Below, one piece after another: positions 1 through 13,209 of a stretch of 64,000 nt of DNA (position 1 is its first letter; each line of letters begins with the position of its first letter). A model generated the notes under the pieces. It was not told where the DNA came from and did not search any database. It saw only the letters and a list, made by a program, of their open reading frames with translations. The stretch comes from an uncultured Gemmatimonadales bacterium. GTDB lineage: Bacteria > Gemmatimonadota > Gemmatimonadetes > Gemmatimonadales > GWC2-71-9. The stretch lies in NCBI GenBank assembly GCA_963788625.1, contig CAWBHB010000004.1, forward strand, positions 71,358 through 135,357, given 5' to 3'. Position numbers and translations under genes: made by a program.

Positions 1-91
1 ACTTCCGGTGGCGGGAGCAGGGTTACAGGTCAGGGTAAGGAGACCCCACGCGACCAGGAGGAGTTTGCGGGAGAACGCGGCTCGCACGAAC

Positions 92-596
92 TCAGCCGCG
101 GTAGTTGCCGAACTTGAGCTCCAGCTCGAAATCCCCGCCCCGCAGGAAGGCGATCACCTCCTGCAGCTCGTCCTTGGACGGCGCGGTGACCCGGATCTCC
201 TCGCCCTGAATGCTGGTCTGGACCTTCTTGAATCCCTGGTCCTTGATGGCCTTCACGATCTTCTTGGCGGTGTCCTGGGGAATTCCCTGCGCGATGCCGA
301 TGGTCCGTCGTACCGAGGTGCCGGCACCGGGAACCGGATCACCGATCCGGAGGTTCCGAACCGGGACTCCTCGTTTGACCAGCTTGGTCCGCAGGATGTC
401 GAGCAGCGCGTCCATCCGGAACTCGTTGTCGGCCGTCAGGCGGATCTCGGCCTTGGGCCGATCGAGCTCGATGGTGCAGTGGCTGCCCTTGAAGTCGTAG
501 CGCTGGCGCGACCTCTTTCACCGCCTGGTTGACCGCGTTGTCGACCTCCTGGAGGTCGGCGCCGGTCGAAACATCAAAGGAAGGATTGGCAGCCAT
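92..596 (-). CDS. yajQ: YajQ/UPF0234 family nucleotide (c-di-GMP)-binding protein, frame broken in this sequence
   Basis: ORFs 339..665(-) and 92..415(-) join to MAANPSFDVSTGADLQEVDNAVNQAVKEV ... DALLDILRTKLVKRGVPVRNL ... FGNYRG. Removing one base in gcgccagcgc (rc, ~505-515) restores VAQRYDFKGSHCTIELDRPKAEIRL. Confidence 0.85.
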
Positions 597-678
597 CGAG
601 GGATCAGGAATGTGAGATGGAGTCGGTTTCGAGCTGAAATGTAGTCCGCCTCCTACGCATTTCATCCCAAGCGCTCGC

Positions 679-707
679 TTGACAGGATTCCCGAGTAGTC
701 ATAGGTT
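679..707 (+). promoter_or_regulatory. candidate sigma-70 promoter for the metY leader (TTGACA-N17-TAGGTT)
   Basis: TTGACA at 679-684, 17-nt spacer, TAGGTT at 702-707. It lies in the divergent yajQ/metY intergenic region and faces metY. Confidence 0.3.
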
Positions 708-713
708 GATTTC

Positions 714-3412
<2,699 letters not shown>

Positions 3413-3442
3413 CCCGGAGCTCACACTCCCGAGGAGGTTACC

Positions 3443-3965
3443 ATGTCGGAGATCGATGAAGTCCTCAAGAAGAATCGGCGCTTCTCGGGCGAGCGGGCAC
3501 CCGTGCTGCTGCCCCTACCCCCGTCTCGGCACCTCGCGATCGTGACCTGCATGGATGCGAGGCTCGATCCCGCCACGGCGTTCGGCCTCGCCGAGGGCGA
3601 TGCTCACGTCATTCGCAATGCCGGCGGACGAGCGCAGGACGCGCTCCGCTCACTGGTGATATCGCAGCGACTTACTGGGTACCACGGCGATCACCGTGGT
3701 TCACCACACCGAGTGCGGGATGCTCACCTTCGCCAATGACGACCTCTACAAGAAGGTGGAGAAGGACCTCGGTTCCGACGCGAGCAAGATCGACTTCCTT
3801 CCCTTCCCCGACCTCGACAAGAGCGTCCGGGATGACGTCGAGTTCCTGCGCAAGAGCCGACTGATCGCGCCGGATACCGAGATCCGGGGATTCGTCTACG
3901 ACGTGAAGACCGGGCAGCTCTCGGAAGTGGCTACCGCCGTCGCAACGGCCGGGAGCACGCGGTGA
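3443..3965 (+). CDS. beta-class carbonic anhydrase, one frame break near 3680
   Basis: [14 protein letters not shown]...[11 protein letters not shown] (3443..3739) continues as VVHHTECGM...[13 protein letters not shown] (3696..3965). Cys/Asp-x-Arg/His/Cys zinc-site pattern. Confidence 0.85.
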
Positions 3966-4015
3966 CACCCGGACGATGTCCCGCGGCTGGCGGCGGGGTG
4001 GAAGGCGGAGCGAGC

Positions 4016-5168
4016 ATGACGCTTTCCCCTGCCCCCGTCGCGCCAGTCCGCGATCTCCCGCTGGGAGATTTCCGCACCGAGCGGGGCGACACGATTCGCA
4101 ACGCCAGGCTTCGCTATCGGACTTATGGCGATCCCGGAGTTGGGTGCCGAGCGAGGCTGGGCACTGGTGTTTCATGCGCTCACCGGGAGCCACGAGGTGC
4201 ACCAGTGGTGGGCGCCGCTCCTCGAACCGGGCAAACCGCTCGATCCTTCTCGCCGGCCCGATTCTCGCGGCCAATCTGCTGGGAGGCTGTTACGGATCGA
4301 GCGGGCCATCCCGGGAATCCGAGCGCGGATCATTTCCCCGACCTCACCAGCGGCGACCTGGCCCGGGCCCACGGCCCGCTGCTCGAAGAACTGGGCATCA
4401 CCCGGCTGGCACTAGCCACCGGTGGTTCGCTCGGCGGGATGGTCGCGCTCCAGTGGGCGAGGCTGGCAACGGTTCCCACCGAGTGTGTGGTGGTCTTCGC
4501 CGCACCCGCGAGGACTTCGGCCCAGGCCATCGGCTGGAATGCCGCACAGCGACTGGCCATCGAGGCCGATCCCCGCTGGCAGGGAGGCCATTACGCGCGC
4601 GGGCGAAGGCCCAGCGGCCGGACTCGCCGCGGCCCGGGCGATCGCGATGATCACCTACCGGAGCGCTATCGAGTTCGAGACGCGCTTCAGCCGCCGGGAA
4701 ACCCGCCGCCCTGGGCAGTTCGATGCCGAGTACTACCTGAGACGTCAGGGCGAAAAGCTGGTCGCGAGATTCGACGCCGCGAGCTACGTCAGCCTGATGC
4801 GCAGCATGGATCTCCACGACGTGGGAGATCTCAGTGTCGCTGCCCGGGAGACGGGACTCCGCGTCAACCGCATCATCGGGGTGGGAATCGACACCGACAT
4901 CCTCTACTACCCCGCCGAGGTGGAGCAGTGGGTCGCGGAATACGCGGCTGCTGGACTCGACGCCCGGTACCGGGAGCTCGCGTCACCCTACGGGCACGAC
5001 GCGTTCCTGATTGAGTGGGATGGGGTGGAGGGGGTGCTGAGGGAGGCGTTGGAGGGATTTGAGATTGAAGATTGTAAGATTGAAGATTGGCCTGCGGCTA
5101 CTGCGAGCTTTCCAATCTTCAATCTTACATCTTCAATCTTCAATGACACGGATCGTCAACTACGCTAA
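4016..5168 (+). CDS. metX: homoserine O-acetyltransferase (alpha/beta hydrolase), several frame breaks; the 3' end reads through a repeat hairpin
   Basis: [47 protein letters not shown] (Ser elbow), [35 protein letters not shown], spread over ORFs 3962..5014, 4125..4415 and 4422..5168. Homology ends near 5050; the true stop is uncertain. Confidence 0.85.
5061..5144. repeat. heptamer-armed hairpin (unit GATTGAA)
   Basis: Left arm gagattgaagattgtaagattgaagattgg (5061-5090), 21-nt loop, right arm ccaatcttcaatcttacatcttcaatcttcaat (5112-5144). Lies between convergent metX and the sigma-factor gene. Confidence 0.9.
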
Positions 5169-6029
5169 AAAGCTCTCCAGCGCTCTCGCCCGGCTTACGT
5201 GGCGCAGCCGGGTAAGGGCCTTCTCCTTGATCTGCCGGACCCGCTCGCGGGTGATCCCGAGCAGGCTGCCGATTTCTTCCAGCGTCATCGGCTCGGGGCC
5301 GTCGAGTCCGAAGTAGAGCCGCAGGATCTTGGCCTCCCGTTCCTTCAGCGTCCCCAGTACCTCCTCGATCGATTCGCTCAGGGCGTGCTCGAAGGTGTCG
5401 GCATCGGGGCCCGGGTTCTGAGTGTCGGGGAGATAATCGAGCAGCTTGTTGTCTTCGCCCGGAGTGAGCGGCGCGTCGAGCGACAGGTGATTCTGGGAGA
5501 TGGAGAGGGTCTTCTGTACCTCTTCCATCGAGATGTCCATGCCCTCGGCGATCTCGGACGGGGTGGGCTCGCGGCCCAGCTCCTGGAGCAGCGCGGACGA
5601 CCGCTTGCCGATCCGATGCAGGGTACCGGCCCGGTTGAGCGGAACCCGGACGATACGGCTCTGCTCCGCCAGGGCCTGAAGAATCGCCTGACGGATCCAC
5701 CAGACCGCGTAGGAGATGAACTTGATGCCCTTGGTCTCGTCGAACTTGTGGGCGGCGCGGATCAGGCCGAGGTTGCCTTCGTTGATGAGGTCGGCGAGGG
5801 AGACGCCCTGATTCTGGTATTTCTTGGCGACCGAGACCACGAAGCGGAGATTGCTGCGGACCAGCTTGTCGAGCGCCTCCTCGTCCCCGGTACGGATCCG
5901 CTGGGCCAGGGTGACCTCTTCCTCCTGCGGGATCAGCGGATACTTGCTGATCTCCCGGAGATACTGATCCAGCGAACCTTCATCGAATGAGTGGCCACGC
6001 TTGCCGGTGCCGACTCGCATTGGGCGCAT
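5160..6029 (-). CDS. RNA polymerase sigma-70 family factor (RpoD-like, regions 1.2-4, compact 289 aa)
   Basis: Uninterrupted ORF. DLINEGNLGLIRAAHKFD (region 2), YAVWWIRQAI, TLEEIGSLLGITRERVRQIKEKAL (region 4 HTH). Confidence 0.9.
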   Translation of the reverse strand: MRPMRVGTGKRGHSFDEGSLDQYLREISKYPLIPQEEEVTLAQRIRTGDEEALDKLVRSNLRFVVSVAKKYQNQGVSLADLINEGNLGLIRAAHKFDETKGIKFISYAVWWIRQAILQALAEQSRIVRVPLNRAGTLHRIGKRSSALLQELGREPTPSEIAEGMDISMEEVQKTLSISQNHLSLDAPLTPGEDNKLLDYLPDTQNPGPDADTFEHALSESIEEVLGTLKEREAKILRLYFGLDGPEPMTLEEIGSLLGITRERVRQIKEKALTRLRHVSRARALESFLA

Positions 6030-6119
6030 CAGACTCGACCTCGGGGCGGGCAGAGGGAGGAATGACTTGAGAACCTTAGCCCCGCTCTATCGGAGGCGCA
6101 AGCCGGGCAGAGCCGGATA

Positions 6120-7621
6120 TCACACTTCATAGTTATCGATCTGCGCGCGTTGCAGCGTACCGGAAAAATCCGCATAGCCGACTTTGGTCTCGGAGTAGAA
6201 TTCGAACACTTCCCAGCCTCCTTCGCGATGGCCATTGCCGGTCTGCTTGACGCCTCCGAACGGCAGGTGGGCCTCTGCTCCGATGGTCGGTGCGTTCACG
6301 TAGGTGATTCCGTTGTCCAGTTCCTGAAGCGCCCGGAATGCGCTGTTCACGTTGCGGGTGTAGATCGAGCTGGAAAGCCCGTACCGCACCCCGTTGTTGA
6401 CCCGGATCGCCTCTTCCAGAGAGCCGACCCGGATGACGGCCAGGACCGGGCCGAAAATTTCCTCCTGCTCCAGCCGGCTGCCTGGTTTTACCCCGGCGAA
6501 CACGGTCGGCTGGTAGAACCAACCACGATTCAGCCTGGCGCCCCGGGGCCGCGAGCCACCCAGCGACCAGCTCGGCGCCTTCGTCGAGACCCAGAGCGCG
6601 ACGTAGCGCTCGACTTTGTCCCGCGAAGCCTGGTGAATCAGCGGACCAACGTCGGTGCCCCGCTTCCGGCCGTCGCCCAGTCTCAGCGCTCCGGCGGCCG
6701 TGACGAGTTTCGCAACGAACCGGTCGTGAATCTTCCTGTGCAGGATGAGACGGCTCGTCGCGGTGCAGCGTTGTCCGGTCGTGCCGAAAGCGCCCCAGAG
6801 CACGCCCTCGAGCGCCAGGTCGAGGTCGGCGTCGTCCATCACGATCATCGCGTTCTTGCCGCCCATCTCGAGCGAGACTCGCTTGTGCATCCGTCCGCCG
6901 GCTTCGGCGATCGTCGAGCCGGTCGTGGTCGAGCCGGTGAAGGAGATGAGCGGAACGTCGGGATGCTCGACCAGCGCCCGACCCGCGACTTCGCCTCGTC
7001 CGTGCACCAACTGGATCACTTCGGGCGGGAATCCCGCCTCGAGTGCCAGCTCGACCAGGCGGTGTGCACTGTGAGGGACGTCTTCCGACGGCTTCAGCAC
7101 CACGCTGTTTCCGCACAGCAACGCGGGAAACATTTTCCAGGTGGGAATCGCCATCGGAAAATTGAATGGCGTGACCAGGCCCGCGACACCGATCGGCCGG
7201 CGATAGCTCATGGCCCACTTGCTGCGCAGCTCCGAGGGTACCGTGCGGCCGAACAGGCGACGCCCCTCACCGGCGGCGTAGTAGGCGGTGTCGATCCCTT
7301 CCTGCACGTCGCCCCGAGTCTCCGCCAGCACCTTGCCCATCTCCCGGGTCATGCCGGCGGCAAGCTCTTCCTTCTTCTCGACGAGCAGGTCGCCCAGCCC
7401 GACGGAGCAGGTCGCCCCTCGCTGGAGGCGGTACGGCCCTCCACGCCTCGAATCCACGACGGGCGGAACGGACCGCGGCGGTCGACGTCTTCCGGACCCG
7501 GAATCAGGGAACCGGCCGATGAGATCGCGAAGTGTCCGCCGGATTCCGGTTCTCGAACTACGCCCCGGAAAGCGGCGGCACCCATTTCCCGCCGATGAAG
7601 ATTCTTGAACGTGGTTGGCAT
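6120..7621 (-). CDS. NAD(P)-dependent aldehyde dehydrogenase, frame broken in the N-terminal ~80 codons
   Basis: VTPFNFP, FTGSTTTG, LEMGGKNA, GQRCTA (catalytic Cys), EEIFGPV in ORF 6120..7895. The N-terminus MPTTFKN is in ORF 7349..7621. Confidence 0.9.
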
Positions 7622-7630
7622 GCGGGAAGG

Positions 7631-8058
7631 TCAGGAGCAGACCCAGTAGGCGAGGTGCTTGGCGTAGCCGACGCGAGGCAGAATCTCCCGGCCAGCGAGG
7701 AAGATGCCCCACAAGACGACCAACAGAGACAGGGTATGGGCCCAGCCGAGTCGGCGGTACCAGGAGGAGATGCCGCTCCAGACTCCGGCCACGATCACAG
7801 TGAGTGCGGCAGCCGAGATAGACGAAGAGCTCGAGTCCGCACTGATGGGCGTACGGCCACTGGGTCATCGCCCCGGCCAGGATCAACCCCAGCAAGACCC
7901 GAAGCCAGGTGGCGAACGCGGCGCGCTTCGGTCACCGCCGCGGGCGAGGCGGAACCCTTGGTCGCGACGGGCGCTCCGGCAGCCGGCGCCGGGCCTCGCG
8001 CCATGGCCTTGTCGATCGCCGCCAGCTCCTTGTCCCAGTCCCGCGGCTGGTCGCTCAT
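7631..8058 (-). CDS. hypothetical small membrane protein, two frame breaks
   Basis: MSDQPRDWDKELAAIDKAM... (7795..8058) continues in other frames as ...LGLILAGAMTQWPYAHQCGLELFVYLG... and ends ...HLAYWVCS* (stop at 7631-7633). No family recognised. Its start overlaps the NtrC-like gene stop. Confidence 0.5.
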
Positions 8059-9433
8059 GGAGTCTCCCGGCTCAGGCCGTAGCGCTCGATCTTCTTGTAG
8101 AGATTGGAGCGCGGCATTTTGAGCGAACGCGCGGTCTCCGACACGTTCCAGTCATGCTCGCGAAGCTTGGAAGCGAGGAACGACCGCTCCGCCTCGTGCT
8201 TGAAGGCCTCGAAGGTACCGTCCGGAGGCGCTCCCGCCGCTTCGACCACCTCGCTGACCGTGCTGTCGCCCAGCAGACGGCTCACATCGGCCGCAGTCAC
8301 CGTCTTGCCCGGTGCCAGGATCAGCAGTCGCTCCACCGCGTTGCGCAGCTCGCGCACGTTCCCCGGCCATTGCCGCGACTGCAGCCGCTGGACCGCGGTC
8401 TCCTCGAAGCGGCGGCCTGGCACGCCACCGTTCGCCGCGAGCTGTTGGGCGAAATGCTGCACCAGCGCCGGAATGTCTTCCCGTCGCTCGCGCCAGGGCC
8501 GGCACGCGAATGGGGACCACGTTGAGGCGATAAAAGAGATCGTCGCGGAAGCGGCCCTCGGCGATTTCTTCGGCGCAGGTCCTTGTTGGTCGCGGCGATG
8601 ACGCGAACGTCCACCTCGATCGGCTTGGATCCGCCGATCCGGGTGACGATCGCCTTCCTGCGAGCGCGCGCAGCACCTTGGCCTGCGCCGACGGAGCCAT
8701 GTCGCCGATCTCGTCCAGGAAGAGCGTGCCTTCGTCCGCCAGCTCGAACTTCCCTTCCCGGTCGGTAACCGCGCCGGTGAACGAGCCCTTCATGTGGCCG
8801 AAGAGCTCGCTCTCGATCAGCTCCGAGGGAATCGCGGCGCAGTTCACCTCGACGAATGCCTTTCGCTTCCGCGGCGAGGCTTCATGGATCGCCCGCGCGA
8901 CCAGCTCCTTGCCGGTGCCGTTTTCTCCGGTGATCGAGCACGCGCGCCGGCGTCGGGCCCGACCCGATCGATCAGGGCGCGCACTTCCTTGAGCGGCGGG
9001 ACTGTCCCCGACCATCGCGTGGCGAGCGTCCACCGCTCCGCGCAGGCGGCGATTCTCGCCGACCAGGCCGGACTGGTCGAGCGCGTTGCGCACCGTCACC
9101 AGCAAACGGTCGGTATCGAGCGGCTTCTCGAGGAAATCGAAGGCGCCACGTTGCGGTCGCCTGCACCGCGGTTGAGATGGTCCCGTGACCCGAGATCATC
9201 ACTACCACGGCGCCGGGATCCAGCTCCCGCAGCCGGGTGAGGGTCTCCAGCCCGTCGAGTCCCGCCATCTTTACGTCGAGAAACACCAGGTGGGGGCGGA
9301 ACTCGGGGTAGACCGTGATTGCTTCGCCGCCGGAGCCCGCGCTGCGGACCGTGTGGCCCTCGTACTCGAGGACCTGCTTCAGCGCCTCGCGGATACCGGG
9401 TTCGTCGTCAATCACCAGAATGCGCTGGGTCAT
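8055..9433 (-). CDS. sigma-54-dependent response regulator (receiver + AAA+ + Fis-type HTH), multiple frame breaks
   Basis: ILVIDDEPGIREAL...VFLDVKMAGLDG (8972..9433); TGENGTGKELVARAIH, ESELFGHMKGSFTGA (8152..9105); WPGNVRELRNAVERL, ARSLKMPRSNLYKKIERYGL (8055..8462). Confidence 0.9.
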
Positions 9434-10059
9434 TGCTTCTGCGCCGGGTAGAGGATGGCCTTGTCAGGCTGGATCCTGAGACCGCCGATGCCCGCCGGTA
9501 AAGGTATTCGAATCCGGCTATCACGTGTGGCGAATATCCGCTGGGCGATGTTCTGCGAAATCGACCGAGGAAGCATAATTCCCCTGATGGTGACTTGTTC
9601 GACCGTCCAGTCGGCAAATCCCGGCTTGGGCACGGAGACCGGCCCGGCCGCGGCTACCGGCTCCCACGGATTCAGCACGCTGGCGAAGGGACCCAGTTGG
9701 TCCTTCGGAATGACCCTGGTGTCGAGCCGGCCGTGCAGCTCGAGACGATTCTCGCCGAGGGTGACGCCGAGGCTGTCCACGTGCGAGCGGGCTTCGGCAG
9801 GCAGTCCCGCGGTCACGAGAGAGGCAAGCTCGGCCGGGCTCAGGATGACTGAGTCCGCCTTCCAGCCGTGCAACGAATCAACCCGGTCATGGGCCTTCGC
9901 CAGCGCGTTGGCGCTGGGGCGGGCAACGCCCATCCCTTCGGACTCCTCGGTCTGTGTCTTCGACCGAGCAATTCTCATGAGGTCTCCACGGAAGAGCCAG
10001 GCTGCGCTGACCAGCGCCGCAAGAATCAGAATTCCAAGAATGCGAAACAGGAATCGCAC
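9430..10059 (-). CDS. hypothetical membrane-anchored protein (N-terminal TM helix)
   Basis: Uninterrupted 209-aa ORF starting MRFLFRILGILILAALVSAAWLF. Its stop overlaps the NtrC-like gene start (9430-9433). No family recognised. Confidence 0.6.
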   Translation of the reverse strand: MRFLFRILGILILAALVSAAWLFRGDLMRIARSKTQTEESEGMGVARPSANALAKAHDRVDSLHGWKADSVILSPAELASLVTAGLPAEARSHVDSLGVTLGENRLELHGRLDTRVIPKDQLGPFASVLNPWEPVAAAGPVSVPKPGFADWTVEQVTIRGIMLPRSISQNIAQRIFATRDSRIRIPLPAGIGGLRIQPDKAILYPAQKQ

Positions 10060-10065
10060 GGTGGC

Positions 10066-10621
10066 CTAGTGGGACAGGGGAAAGTTCGCCAGCGGAGTGT
10101 GAACCGCGCCTCCCGGTCCAAGCCGGCTGACAAACAGAACCATCGCGTCGAGCACGAAGGGGATTGAAGGGCGGATTGTGGAGAGTCGCCTGAGGGAAAA
10201 ACGGTCGAGACGGGCTCCGTCCTTGATCCGGCCAAGGGTAATGTGGGGATGAAAGACTCTGGCCTCGCCGGGGAATCCCAGCGCCTCACATTCCTGCTCC
10301 ACTCGATGGGCGAGCAGTTCGAGAGCGGGTGGGGCGTCGAGTCCGATCCAGACTACCCGGGCCCGTTCCAGCGCGGGGAAACCGTTCAACTCGTTCGCCG
10401 TCACGGCGAGCGGCGACATGCCGGCCGTGGTGCGACCCAGTGCGGTTGAGATCTCGGGGAACTCTTGTCTCCTCAACCTCGCCGAAAAACTTGAGGGTGA
10501 GGTGCAACCCCTCTTCTCGCACCCAGCGCACCGGCGAGTCGGGCACCGCGAAGTCCTTGATCAGATCTCCGATCGCCTGCTGCGCTGCACGAGGAACTGG
10601 AAGCGCCACAAACAGCCTCAT
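10066..10621 (-). CDS. thpR: RNA 2',3'-cyclic phosphodiesterase (2H / LigT-ThpR family), one frame break near 10460
   Basis: Two H-x-T-x motifs, HLTLKF (10286..10621) and HITLGR (10066..10476), with typical MRLFVALPVP start. Confidence 0.8.
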
Positions 10622-11430
10622 CCGCTCAACACCGGCAGTTCGGTCAGCAATCCGCCACGGCGGTAGCCTCTCGGATCCAACCGCACATCGGCGACGCCGA
10701 GCGCCTGGAAGCCCGAGAGGACTCGAGGCCAGCTAGCGCTCAACCAGGGGGATTTGTTCCGGAGGCTACCTCGATCCGGACGTGATCGCCGTGATGGCGG
10801 GCCCGCAGGTCGCCCGATACGCCGATCTCTCGAAGCAGCGCCTCGCCCGCTTCGACCTGACGTAACCGCTCGACGGTAACCGGCAGTCCATACTTCACCC
10901 GGCTGGAGAGACAGGGCGCGGCTGGAGCATCCCAAATCGGAATGCCCAAGTTCCTTCGCGGCCTCGCGAATCATCGGCTTGGACCAACCCAGCTCAGCGA
11001 GAGGGGAGCGGATGCTCATGCTCGCGCGCGGCGCCCATGCCCGGACGATGTTCCCCGAGGTCGTCGGCGTTGGTCCCATCGATGATGGTGTCGAATCACG
11101 GATGGTCGCGATCAGTCGCAGGCGACGCCACAGCTCCTGTTTGCAGAAGTAGCAGCGATTGATCGGATTGGCGACGTAGTCCGGATCCTCCATCTCGTCG
11201 GTCGCCACCTCGAGGAGCGGCACGTCGAACTCTCGAGCGACCCGAATCGCCGCGGCATACTGCACTGCGGGATAGGACGGGCTCCGACCGATCACGGCGA
11301 GGAATCGATCCGGACCCGCGGCACGCGCACCGATCACCGCGAGCAGCGCCGAGTCCACACCGCCCGAGTATCCCAGCAGCACACGACCGAGGCCCTGGAG
11401 ATGACTGGTCAGGGACGAGAGATCGACCAT
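10618..11430 (-). CDS. PP-loop ATP-utilising enzyme (LarE-like / TIGR00268-type adenine nucleotide alpha-hydrolase), several frame breaks
   Basis: LLGYSGGVDSALLA PP-loop, NRCYFCK, PCLSSRVKYG (ORF 10740..10949), C-terminal GVADVRLDPRGYRRG. Confidence 0.75.
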   Translation of the reverse strand: MVDLSSLTSHLQGLGRVLLGYSGGVDSALLAVIGARAAGPDRFLAVIGRSPSYPAVQYAAAIRVAREFDVPLLEVATDEMEDPDYVANPINRCYFCKQELWRRLRLIATIRDSTPSSMGPTPTTSGNIVRAWAPRASMSIRSPLAELGWSKPMIREAAKELGHSDLGCSSRALSLQPGEVWTAGYRRAVTSGRSGRGAASRDRRIGRPAGPPSRRSRPDRGSLRNKSPWLSASWPRVLSGFQALGVADVRLDPRGYRRGGLLTELPVLSG

Positions 11431-11460
11431 GGCGGTAACGTACTAGGGTTGACGGGATGG

Positions 11461-11618
11461 GCGCCATAAGCCGTCAGCCTCAGCCGTCAGCCGTCGGTTA
11501 GCGGTTAGCTATAAGCCTTAGGCCGTAGGCCTTAAGCTTAAGTGCTTACGGCTTACGGCTTATGGCTCCGCGTTACGGCTTTTCGCTGATGGCTGACGGC
11601 TAATGGCTGACGGCTAAC
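11461..11618. repeat. complex heptamer array / nested palindrome filling the larE-like/arfB divergent intergenic region
   Basis: gccataagc (11463-71) pairs with gcttatggc (11561-69). ccgtcagcc copies on the left pair with ggctgacgg copies (11588-11618). Central 7-nt phased run ataagcc|ttaggcc|gtaggcc|ttaagct|taagtgc|ttacggc|ttacggc|ttatggc. Confidence 0.9.
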
Positions 11619-12061
11619 ATGACCCAACCACAACAGCTGGAAATCAACGATCGGGTCTCCATTCCACTCAGCGAGCTGTCCTTCCGCGCCTCGCGCTCCG
11701 GAGGGCCGGGGGGACAGCACGTGAACACGTCCTCGACCAGGATCGAACTCTGGTGGGACCTGGCCGCGAGCCCCAGTCTCGACGACGAGTCTCGCGCCAG
11801 AGTGGCGAGTCGGCTGGCCACTCGTCTGGTGGACGACGGCCGCCTGCTGCGTCTGGTCTCCAGCGGCAGCCGAAGCCAGGCCCAGAATCGCGCCGAGGTG
11901 ATCGAGCGGTTTCGCACCGTCCTGGCCGGAGCGCTGCGAGGAGGTCAAGCCACGCAAGCGGACCCGTCCGACCAAGGCCTCGAAGGAACAACGCCTGGCA
12001 CGGCAAACGGCAACGGGGAGAAACCAAGCGCCAGCGCCGGCCGCCCGGTCACGATGAGTAG
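11619..12061 (+). CDS. arfB: alternative ribosome-rescue factor ArfB (peptidyl-tRNA hydrolase, GGQ), C-terminal tail frame-broken
   Basis: SRSGGPGGQHVNTSSTRIEL, SQAQNRAEVIERF. The basic tail KPRKRTRPTKASKEQRLA / KRQRGETKRQRR is split over two frames after ~11935. Confidence 0.85.
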
Positions 12062-12075
12062 CGGCCCTCCCCACC

Positions 12076-13076
12076 ATGAGCATCGTCGCGGTCAATCCGA
12101 CGGCACCGGATCCGGAGGTGATCTCGCAGGCCGCTGACCTGCTACGCCGCGGCGAGACTCGTGGCCTTCCCGACCGAAACGGTCTACGGGCTCGGCGCCA
12201 ATGCGCTCCAGGAAGCCGCAGTGCGTCGCATCTTCGAAGCGAAGGGGCGGCCCGCGCACAATCCTCTCATCGTTCACGTGGCCAGCATCGAGGCGGCTCG
12301 TGCACTCACGCCCGCTGGTCCGAATCCGCCGAGACGTCTGGCCCTGACGTTCTGGCCGGGACCGCTCACCCTTGTGCTTCCCAAGGCCGCGCAGATTCCC
12401 GATCTGGTTACCGCCGGCCTTCCGACTGTCGGGATCCGGGTGCCCCACCATCCGGTGACCCATGCCCTGCTCTCCGCCGTCGACCTGCCGATCGCCGCAC
12501 CGAGTGCCAACCGTTCGGGAGAGGTCTCGCCGACCACGGCCCAGCACGTCGCACGGAGCCTGGGCGACCGTGTCCCTCTCATTCTCGACGCCGGACCTAC
12601 CGACATCGGAATCGAGTCAACGGTGGTGGACGTGAGTGGAGGGGAGGCGACCCTGCTTCGCCCCGGAGTCATCTCCTCCGAGCAGTTGGCGGAGTTGGTC
12701 GGACCCCTGAGGACCGTCTCGACGGCCACCGGAGACGGCTCCGCTGCCCTCTCCCGGAATGCTGGACCGCCACTATGCGCCGAAGACTCCGCTCCGGTTG
12801 TTCGATCCGGCGGAGCGAGGCGCCGCTGAAGCCGAGATTCGGCAGGCCAGGGGTCGGGGGGAACGGGTGGGTGTCATGGCCTGGAGCAAGGAGGTGAACG
12901 GCGGCGACCCTCTAATTATCCTCCCGTCAAGTCCGCTGGCGGCCGGCCGCATCCTTTATGCGATCCTGCACCAGCTGGATGAAGCAGGATGCGCCTTGAT
13001 CCTGGCGGAGCGGCCTCCGAGCGAACCTCGGTGGGCCGCGATACGGGATCGGCTGGAGCGCGCAGCGCGACCCTGA
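12076..13076 (+). CDS. tsaC: L-threonylcarbamoyladenylate synthase (Sua5/YwlC/TsaC long form), two frame breaks
   Basis: VAFPTETVYGLGANAL, FEAKGRPAHNPLIVHV, APSANRSGEVSPT (12161..12829); Sua5-type C-terminal domain in 12759..13076; N-terminus in 12076.. Confidence 0.85.
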
Positions 13077-13150
13077 CCGGACATTCTGTCAGCTTGGGAC
13101 AGGATGTCGCGGCTACGGGCACTTTGTTCGAGCGCTTGCCGGGGCGGAAG

Positions 13151-13166
13151 TGGCATGCTCCCTGCC
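13151..13166 (+). promoter_or_regulatory. candidate sigma-54 (-24/-12) promoter upstream of the kinase/regulator pair
   Basis: TGGCATGctccCTGCc. GG (13152-53) and GC (13164-65) have the canonical spacing of TGGCACG-N4-TTGCW. It sits 44 nt before the likely ATG at 13210. Confidence 0.5.
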
Positions 13167-13209
13167 TTTCGGCGAATTCACACGCCGGGGGCAGAAATGG
13201 ACCGTTCGC

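Noticed and set aside
6150-7598. 482-aa plus-strand ORF
   Set aside because: Antisense to the aldehyde dehydrogenase, which has unmistakable family motifs. The composition is Arg/Gly/Pro-rich and no motifs are present.
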